A stretch of 39,231 nt of DNA. Source: Macrostomum lignano. Its lineage: Eukaryota. Below are positions 34,201-39,231 of this stretch, piece after piece; position 1 is the first letter of the stretch; each line of letters opens with the position of its first letter. The DNA lies in contig NIVC01000559.1 in the NCBI GenBank assembly GCA_002269645.1, positions 1 through 39,231 on the forward strand, read 5' to 3'. A program made the position numbers and the translations under genes. The notes under the pieces are model-generated. The model saw only the letters and a program-made list of their open reading frames with translations. It had not been told where the DNA came from and did no database searches.

Positions 34201-36334
34201 TGACAATCCAGAATCCTAAATCGTTGTCACATCCCTTTCCCGTGTCCGTTACAGAGAATCCTCGCTTTAAGGATGTGTCACCATCCACGCTAAAGTAGTT
34301 CAGATGAATTTTCTTGGAAATCTGATAAGGGTACGCTGCGACGAGTCTATCTCTTGAGAACCAATTGAGTAAGGTAAGCGAATCCGTGTCAGTTGCAACG
34401 TCAAATACAAGTCTCGCTACTACTGCGTTGTTTTTGCGCATCTCTGCAACCATCTTGCTACGACCTGAACGCCTCACGGTTTTATCCATCTGGTCCAGCA
34501 GGTCCGACCGGTAAATTGGGGGCAGGGAGCGATCGGATGGAATCGGGTAGTCCTGCTGATGCTTGAATGTGTCCACTGCTTCTTTCCCAATGTTAGGCGT
34601 GATTGTGTACAGGATTTGCTTGTCTCCGTCTGAAAGCCAATAGAAATAGATTAAATGGTTCGTGCCAAAAAGTTGCTAACACAATCAAAGATGCTGTATA
34701 ACTCTGGCGTTCGTTTTCTCAATACATGAACCTCTAGCTTCTTAAAGGCCGGTTCACATTACACTAATAGCTCTGCACGTCAAAGATGGCTTAAATCAAT
34801 GTACAGCTGGTTCAGATCCATTTTTAAACTTACTTCAGTATTTGAATGATATCTAACCTTTGGAACTTCTTGCGGCAATTTGAACCGGTCTTTGACTATG
34901 ACTCGCAGCTATTAGGGCATTAGAATTAAGATTTCTTATTTACTGCTTCGTTTAACTTCCCTAAGTATAGTGCCCAAAGTAATATACTTGCACAATGCTT
35001 TTGCAAAAATGTTCGCACGCACCAACAATGAACGGTTGCCTGAACTTCCATCGTCTGTCCTCGACCTCGTGCGTGAGGTACACAAGCATCCGGTCGGCCG
35101 TGTCGACGCCAGCATGGAACGGCTTGTTCTGCAGCCGGTTGTACAGCAGCAACGGCGGGGAGCCGCGCCAGTTGCGGTTGGCCCAGTTGCAACTGTCTCT
35201 GGCATCTGAGATAGCGATGAACCCGGCGTCAACATGACAGCCTCCATAGTTGTAGCTGATGTAAAACCGCCGCTGCTCGCCCACATCTCCATCCAAGAGA
35301 AGTAGTTGAACTTGGTCTTGTCCACCAGGTAGGGATAGGAGGACTCCAGCCGTTCTAGCGAGAACCAGTTGTCTAAGGTCAGACTGTCGACATCCTTAGT
35401 CACATTGAAAACCAACTGAGCCACCACTGAGTGGTCCTTGACGAGCTCCATCACCATCTGGGTCATGCCCGAGTCTTTCACGGTCCGCGACAGATCGTCC
35501 AGCAGGTCGGACCGGTACAAAATCGGCAAATTATCGTCGATTGGCGCGCGATAGTTTTGTTGCTGCCTGAACGTTTCCAGCGCGCTCTTGTGGATGTTGG
35601 CCTTGATCGTGTACAGAAGCTGTTTTCTTTCCGCTGTAGCAGATCAGGGTGACTTTCAACTATAATTGCCTTAGTTATTCGATAATGTTAATAGTTTCAG
35701 TAAAGTGCTCACCGTGGAAGAAGGGCTTCCTGAACTCGGCTCGAAACTCATCCACAGTGTCGGTGAGGTACACCAGAAACTGGTCGGCATACGCGGCGCC
35801 CTGTTGCAGCGTGCGGTCCTTAAATCTATTGTAGATCAGCGCCGGTGCGAGGCCCTTCCAGCCATTGCGGCCCCAGCCACAGGATCTCTGGCGCCGGACA
35901 CGAGCCAGAAGCCGCGGTCACCATTGCAGCCGTCGAAGCTCGTTGCTATGAAGAACCTGCGCTCCTTGTTTGCGTCACCCTCGATGGAGAAGGCGCTAAA
36001 CTTGGCCACGTCGTCAAGGCGGTAGGGCCAGGCGCCGATCAGGCGGGACGGCGAGAACCAGTTGAACTGGTCTATGCTGTCCGGGTAGTCGCCGACATCA
36101 AAGACGACGCGCATCACGACGGCCCTGTCGACGCGCATCTCGGCGACCATGTAGGTTTGTCTAGACGGCGGACAGTGTCGGGCAGCTCGTCGAGCAGGTC
36201 GGACCGGTAGACGGCCGGCAGCGGCTCATTGGGCGACGGGGCTGGCCGGTTGCCGTTGCCCCGGGTGACGAACGCCTTCTGCGGCTCCTCGCCGATGTTG
36301 CTCCGAATAGTGAACAGCAGCGTCTTGCCGTCCT
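6644..36334 (-). CDS. Multi-exon gene for a large modular protein (>=13 tandem ~200-aa modules, one per exon); 5' end not in view; likely extracellular
   Basis: 13 homologous exons bounded by (c/t)AG and GT, all joined in phase 1. Shared motifs: KQ(L/V)L(F/Y)TI, LPPxYRSDL(L/I)D, NWFS, NYFS, C-x15-C, YADR and (I/V)YL. The last exon ends in TAG at 6644-6646. Summed corrected coding length is 7916 nt. Confidence 0.85.
7337..7941 (-). CDS. Exon A' (module 12, A-type with a distinct C-terminal linker)
   Basis: Acceptor tttag|AA; donor ATT TTC G|gtgagt. 605 nt with one deletion at ~7601 (c versus cc in the other A copies). Ends YLSNEFLDPRAEYKKIIIFG. Confidence 0.83.
8185..8960 (+). mobile_element. 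5'-truncated LINE 3' end (RNase H, CCHC-like motif, AAC-rich tail)
   Basis: QAELRAI...VITDSKSGLQSL, then WIPAHCGLWNEKADRLA in another frame, then CKMCSGEEETVTHIVQC and caacaacaac repeats at ~8920-8955. Confidence 0.78.
9900..10465 (+). mobile_element. LINE 5' fragment (Cys/His-rich PHD-like region plus the start of an AP endonuclease)
   Basis: Cys-rich segments (CAGQDC..FCH; IPCNRWVDYCHKVYTGL) followed by RFLQWNAGEVSLKIAEL, the endonuclease N-terminal motif. Confidence 0.62.
10535..11149 (-). CDS. Exon B (module 11)
   Basis: Acceptor ttgcag|AT; donor TTT G|gtaagt. 615 nt, open. Confidence 0.88.
11428..12032 (-). CDS. Exon A (module 10)
   Basis: Acceptor tttag|AA; donor G|gtacga. 605 nt with one deletion at ~11761 (aaa versus aaaa in the copy at ~7668). 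Confidence 0.83.
12380..13451 (+). mobile_element. Internally deleted LINE (AP endonuclease joined to RNase H)
   Basis: VLQWNC...DIALLQE (~12515-12612), GGDTNAH (~12925) and FTDGS...SSTRAEMYAL (13305-13446). Most of the RT is absent. Confidence 0.75.
13452..13662 (+). repeat. 5' LTR
   Basis: cgttagggttag...ctacaaca (TG changed to CG); about 12 differences from the 3' LTR by hand count. Confidence 0.93.
13663..13674 (+). promoter_or_regulatory. Primer-binding site, tRNA-Lys(UUU)-like
   Basis: TGGCGCCCGAAC immediately after the 5' LTR equals the first 12 nt of the known tRNA-Lys3 PBS (TGGCGCCCGAACAGGGAC). Confidence 0.8.
13747..19175 (+). pseudogene. BEL/Pao gag-pol, disrupted
   Basis: LPKLPPIAFNGDRTQWTAFWDSF (BEL gag), CCHC knuckles (CFNCLSKGHATKTC), ILFDSAS protease, RVVFDAS / ADIEKAFLQI / YVDN RT, Pao RNase H (SIPRLELLGA), CVVCRR, SDNAKTF and APWQGGFWER integrase; several stops and frameshifts. 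Confidence 0.93.
19625..19835 (+). repeat. 3' LTR, preceded by the polypurine tract agggggag (19617-24)
   Basis: tgttagggttag...ctacaaca, TG...CA termini. Confidence 0.93.
19934..20303 (+). repeat. Copy of the LINE 5' fragment, duplicated with the B exon
   Basis: Near-identical to 10080-10465 and 26596-26970, at the same position relative to the B donor. Confidence 0.9.
20373..20987 (-). CDS. Exon B (module 9)
   Basis: Acceptor ttgcag|AT; donor TTT G|gtaagt. 615 nt, open. Confidence 0.88.
21263..21868 (-). CDS. Exon A (module 8)
   Basis: Acceptor tttag|AA AAC GAC AAA; donor GTT G|gtacga. 606 nt, open. Confidence 0.88.
22359..24830 (+). mobile_element. Decayed LINE: candidate PWWP, PHD finger, AP endonuclease and RT N-terminus
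   Basis: LVWAKL (22527), CSRC..H...WHCREC (~23040-23150), VLQWN / LLETK / SDLNAKH endonuclease motifs, and AAGLDRVH...LFNLSW...AGFRRGRS RT start; truncated within RT. Confidence 0.8.
25223..25520 (+). pseudogene. THAP domain fragment
   Basis: AYRCS...GVSFHSQP...KW...SKICSRDF...DF, then LKPGAVPSIF in the next frame. Confidence 0.75.
25761..26550. mobile_element. Non-autonomous TIR element rich in atcccgggat motifs
   Basis: Left end tagggtttgcaatccccggatcccgggatt versus right end aatcccgggatcccgagattacaaatacta (~24/30 inverted match). Palindromic cccggg motifs are clustered near both ends; no TSD found. Confidence 0.65.
26596..26970 (+). repeat. Copy of the LINE 5' fragment, duplicated with the B exon
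   Basis: Near-identical to ~10089-10465. Confidence 0.9.
27040..27653 (-). CDS. Exon B (module 7)
   Basis: Same splice sites as the B copies at 20373 and 10535 (donor gtaagt). 614 nt; one G missing at ~27482 relative to the other B copies. Confidence 0.83.
28642..28740. repeat. Perfect 34-bp-arm palindrome
   Basis: ttgcgtagtaggtaaggggctgaaataatggcca, then a 31-nt loop, then its exact reverse complement. Confidence 0.92.
29723..29820. repeat. Second palindrome with a near-identical loop
   Basis: tgtatagtatgcaac..gttgaataatggcca / tggccattattcaac..gttgcatactataca. Confidence 0.9.
31466..32080 (-). CDS. Exon C (module 6, A-related)
   Basis: Acceptor ttgcag|AA AAA GAC AAG; donor ATT ATC G|gtaagc. 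615 nt, open. Confidence 0.88.
32398..33012 (-). CDS. Exon B (module 5, B-type)
   Basis: Acceptor ttgcag|AT GGC AAC AAG; donor ATG TTT G|gtacga. 615 nt, open. Confidence 0.88.
33287..33891 (-). CDS. Exon A (module 4, A-type)
   Basis: Acceptor tttcag|AA AAA AGC AAG; donor ATT GTT G|gtacga. 605 nt with one deletion (cc at 33792-93, versus ccc in the copy at ~21768). Confidence 0.83.
34015..34629 (-). CDS. Exon E3 (module 3)
   Basis: Acceptor tttcag|AC GGA GAC AAG; donor CTG TTT G|gtaaga. 615 nt, open (ORF 33935-34576). Confidence 0.88.
35023..35633 (-). CDS. Exon E2 (module 2)
   Basis: Acceptor tacag|CG GAA AGA AAA CAG; donor ATT GTT G|gtgcgt. 611 nt with one deletion (aa at 35295-96) joining ORFs 34936-35529 and 34961-35296. 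Confidence 0.8.
35713..36334 (-). CDS. Exon E1 (module 1)
   Basis: Acceptor cgcag|AG GAC GGC AAG; donor TTC CAC G|gtgagc. 622 nt. Two single-base deletions (ttt at 36156-58, gg at 35882-83) split it into ORFs 36114-36347 and 35836-36150; restoring them gives 208 codons with no stop. Confidence 0.8.
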
Positions 36335-36683
36335 CTGCGATTTTCAAACGATTGTTTTAGTGCAAGCTCGAAGTTTTACAGCAGTTTCAGTTGGGGCAAA
36401 ATCGCCACCTGGTATCCTACCGACCCATTCTCAGACCCTTACTAGAACTGCGTAACCATATTTTTAGCTACAAATGAGACTGATACCTCGTACTGACTTG
36501 CCTGAGAAATTGATTATGTCATAACTGCTTCATGTGACTTACTCTAATCGACTTGGTGTGAGTGTTAAATTATAGGTGCTACTATTTATTTATTAAATTC
36601 GATGAGAGATAGCTGTATGTGAACAGACTAAACTGCTAGTGCGGCGACCTGGGTTCAAAGCTGAGTGTAAATCTTTTTTATTC

Positions 36684-36809
36684 AAAAGTAGAATTAAGAA
36701 GGTGGGCGCTATCATTTTTTATGCGACATGTTTCGCCTCGCGTCAGGTATCGTCAGGCTCTTAAAATTAGTAGCGATTTAATTGTTCATTAATACTTAAC
36801 ATTAAGACT
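36684..36809 (-). repeat. Left arm of a ~125-bp inverted repeat (Penelope pLTR-like, hammerhead-like core)
   Basis: Near-exact reverse complement of 37993-38119. Confidence 0.85.
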
Positions 36810-37057
36810 GGGGATATCTGTATACAATTAACAGTGATTCTCTACAAGTAACAAAAAGACAGAAATAAGAGACAGAGAGACAACCGAGATAAAGCTCAAA
36901 TAAAGTTACTGCAAAGAAATCATCCCTAGACATTCAGAGCATCCCCAAAGATAGTAAGCATACGATTCAAGCATCCCCAGATAAAGCACTGCATCCCCCA
37001 AATAGCAACATCCTAGCTGCACCCCAGAAGGAACATACCCCCCTCGATAGCTCTTTG

Positions 37058-37845
37058 ACATTGGTGGCTCTTTTATGTTCTACATGGTGGCTCTTTTATG
37101 TTCTACATGGTGGCTCTTTTATGTCTACATGGTGGCTTATAATGTTAGACATGGTGGCTCTTTACTTTTTGACAGGTGGCTCTTTTGTTCGACATGGTGG
37201 TCCTTTTATGCTTGACATGGTGGCTCTTTAATTTTGACATGTTGGATGTTTACATGGTGGCTGAATGTTAGACATGGTGGCTCTTTTATGTTGACAGATT
37301 CTTTTATGTTCTCAGGCGGCTTTATATTTTCAACATGGTGCTCTTCAATGTTCGGCAGATGGCTCTTTGATGTTTGAATGGAGTCACGAATATACTTGAC
37401 ATGGTGACTCGTTAATGTTAGACATGGTGGCTCTTTAATGTTTGACCTGGTGGCACCTTAATGTCTGTAATGATGGCTCCCGAATGTTTGATAGGGTGGC
37501 TCTTTAATGTTTGACATGGTGGTCCTTTTATGTTTGACATGGTGGCTCTTTTATGTTTGACATGATGGCTCTTTAATGTTTGACATGATGGCTCTTTAAT
37601 GTTAGACATGGTGGCTCTTTAATGTTAGACATGGTGGCTCTTTAATGTTCTACATAGTGGCTTTTTTATTTTCGACATGGTGGCTCTATAAAGTTTGGCA
37701 TGATGGCTCTTATATGTTTGACAATGAGTCACGAATATACTTGACATGGTGACTCGTTAATGTTAGACATGGTGGCTCTTAATGTTTGACCTGGTGGCAC
37801 CTTAATGTCTATAATGATGGCTCTTTAATGTTTGACATTGTGGCT
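37058..37845. repeat. Degenerate ~21-bp minisatellite
   Basis: Repeats of gacatggtggctctttaatgtt(t/a), with many variants. Confidence 0.92.
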
Positions 37846-37854
37846 CATAAATGT

Positions 37855-37873
37855 TCTCTCTCTCTCTCTCTCT

Positions 37874-37910
<37 letters not shown>
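37855..37910. repeat. (CT)n microsatellite
   Basis: Direct reading. Confidence 0.97.
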
Positions 37911-37913
<3 letters not shown>

Positions 37914-37992
37914 GCAACTCTGTGAGCGCTCCGTCGGACTGTACAATGTACTGTTAATTTATATACATTTCTGACTTTTATCGACCGTTTTT

Positions 37993-38119
37993 AGTCTTAA
38001 TTGTTAAGTATTAATGAACAAATAAATCGTTACTAATTTTAAGAGCCTGACGATACCTGACGCGAGGCGAAACATGTCGCATAAAAAATGATAGCGCTCA
38101 CCTTCTTAATTCTACTTTT
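37993..38119 (+). repeat. Right arm of the ~125-bp inverted repeat, with a hammerhead-like core
   Basis: CTGACGA (38047-53), cct/agg stem, then GAAACATGTC (38069-78). Confidence 0.85.
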
Positions 38120-38199
38120 TCTCAGACGCGCAACTTTACCACAGTACTATTTTTTATTCAAGTTTTGAAAGGATTTATTACAGAAATGGTTATATATGC

Positions 38200-38620
38200 G
38201 AAAGGGATTATTGCCCGAGCTTAAGAGGGATTATTGCACTAGCTTAAAAAGGGATTATTTCACTTGATGAGTAAAGAATTATTGTACTACACGAGAAAAG
38301 GAAATTTTGCACTTGATGAGTAAAGGATTATCGCGCTAGATGGGAAAGGGAATATTGCACTGGCTGAGACATGGATTATTGCACTAGATGAGTAGAGGAT
38401 TATAGCACTTAATGAGTAAAGGATTATTGCACTTAATGAGTAAAGGAATGAGTAATGCAAACCCGCACACACCCGCCCCAGCCAAGCGAGCCACCTCACC
38501 CCGCAGTTTAAACACCCTTACCACCAACACAGTGGCAAGGGTAACAGAAACTGATTTTTACAATGATGAGTTAAGAATTATTGCACTAGATGAGTAAAGG
38601 ATTACTGCATTAGCTAAAAA
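38200..38620. repeat. Degenerate ~24-bp repeat
   Basis: Variants of ggattattgcactagatgagtaaa. Confidence 0.8.
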
Positions 38621-38649
38621 AAAATTGTTGCAATAGCTACTTGCTTTCT

Positions 38650-38790
38650 GATGGATGCTTGCTATCTGTGGGATGCTTGCTGTTTAGGGATGCTTGCTAT
38701 CTGAGGATGCTTGCTATCTGTGGGATTCTTGCTATCTGGAGGATGCTTGCTATCTGGAGGATGCTTGCTAACTGGGTGATGCTTGGCTTT
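38650..38790. repeat. Degenerate ~18-20-bp repeat
   Basis: Variants of ggatgcttgctatctg; loosely the reverse complement of the agatagcaagcatcc-like repeats at 36935-37030. Confidence 0.75.
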
Positions 38791-39231
38791 TGTTACTTTT
38801 AAAAAAAGGATTCAAAGCAAACATCCTCGTCCGTGAAAATTTTGCTGTGATTTCAGTTTTTATGTGATTTATAAAACTGAAGAAGGAATTGGTTCTCTAG
38901 AAAATGCGCTTTTTGAATAGATTTGCATAAATAATATTTTTTCCTTGCTTATTGGCCGCCCGAAGGTGGGCACTATAGTTTGCTAGATGATCTTTAAAAA
39001 TTATTAAAACTAACTGATTTGGCTGTACTGTCGAACGTAACCGATGCTTTGAGGCTTTGACCTCGCGTTCGGCCTTTTGTGATCTTACACCATTTGTTTT
39101 CAGTGTCACTTAGTTCAAAGCCAGACCTTGCCAGATAAGATGGAATTCGATATTCAAAAAAAAATTTATGACTCATTGCAGAGAAAAATCGATGCCAATG
39201 ACCAAATGACCTGACCCAGCCAGAAGAAATG

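Noticed and set aside
37058-37845. ~21-bp repeat array as a CRISPR or regulatory array
   Set aside because: Degenerate head-to-tail units without spacers; an ordinary satellite.
38820-39231. Possible upstream signal-peptide exon
   Set aside because: A hydrophobic stretch exists at the window edge on the minus strand, but I found no convincing phase-1 donor or start codon.

Overview
Eukaryotic (invertebrate-like) genomic window; the organism cannot be determined from the sequence. The main feature is a minus-strand multi-exon gene spanning 36334 to 6644. At least 13 GT-AG exons each encode one copy of a ~200-aa module that I cannot assign to a named family. All internal exons are symmetric phase 1-1, and every module has an invariant C-x15-C pair. 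Transcription order is E1-E2-E3-A-B-C-B-A-B-A-B-A'-D(stop), about 2,640 aa once 7 single-base deletions (probably sequencing errors) are repaired. The 5' end of the gene is not identified here. The long introns contain a full-length decayed BEL/Pao LTR retrotransposon (211-bp LTRs, 5-bp TSD), several LINE fragments (one with candidate PWWP and PHD domains), THAP and TIR elements, and hairpin repeats. Mariner and P-element/THAP9-like remnants lie left of the gene. Inverted repeats with hammerhead-like cores and minisatellites lie right of it. All coordinates, alignments and counts were made by eye.
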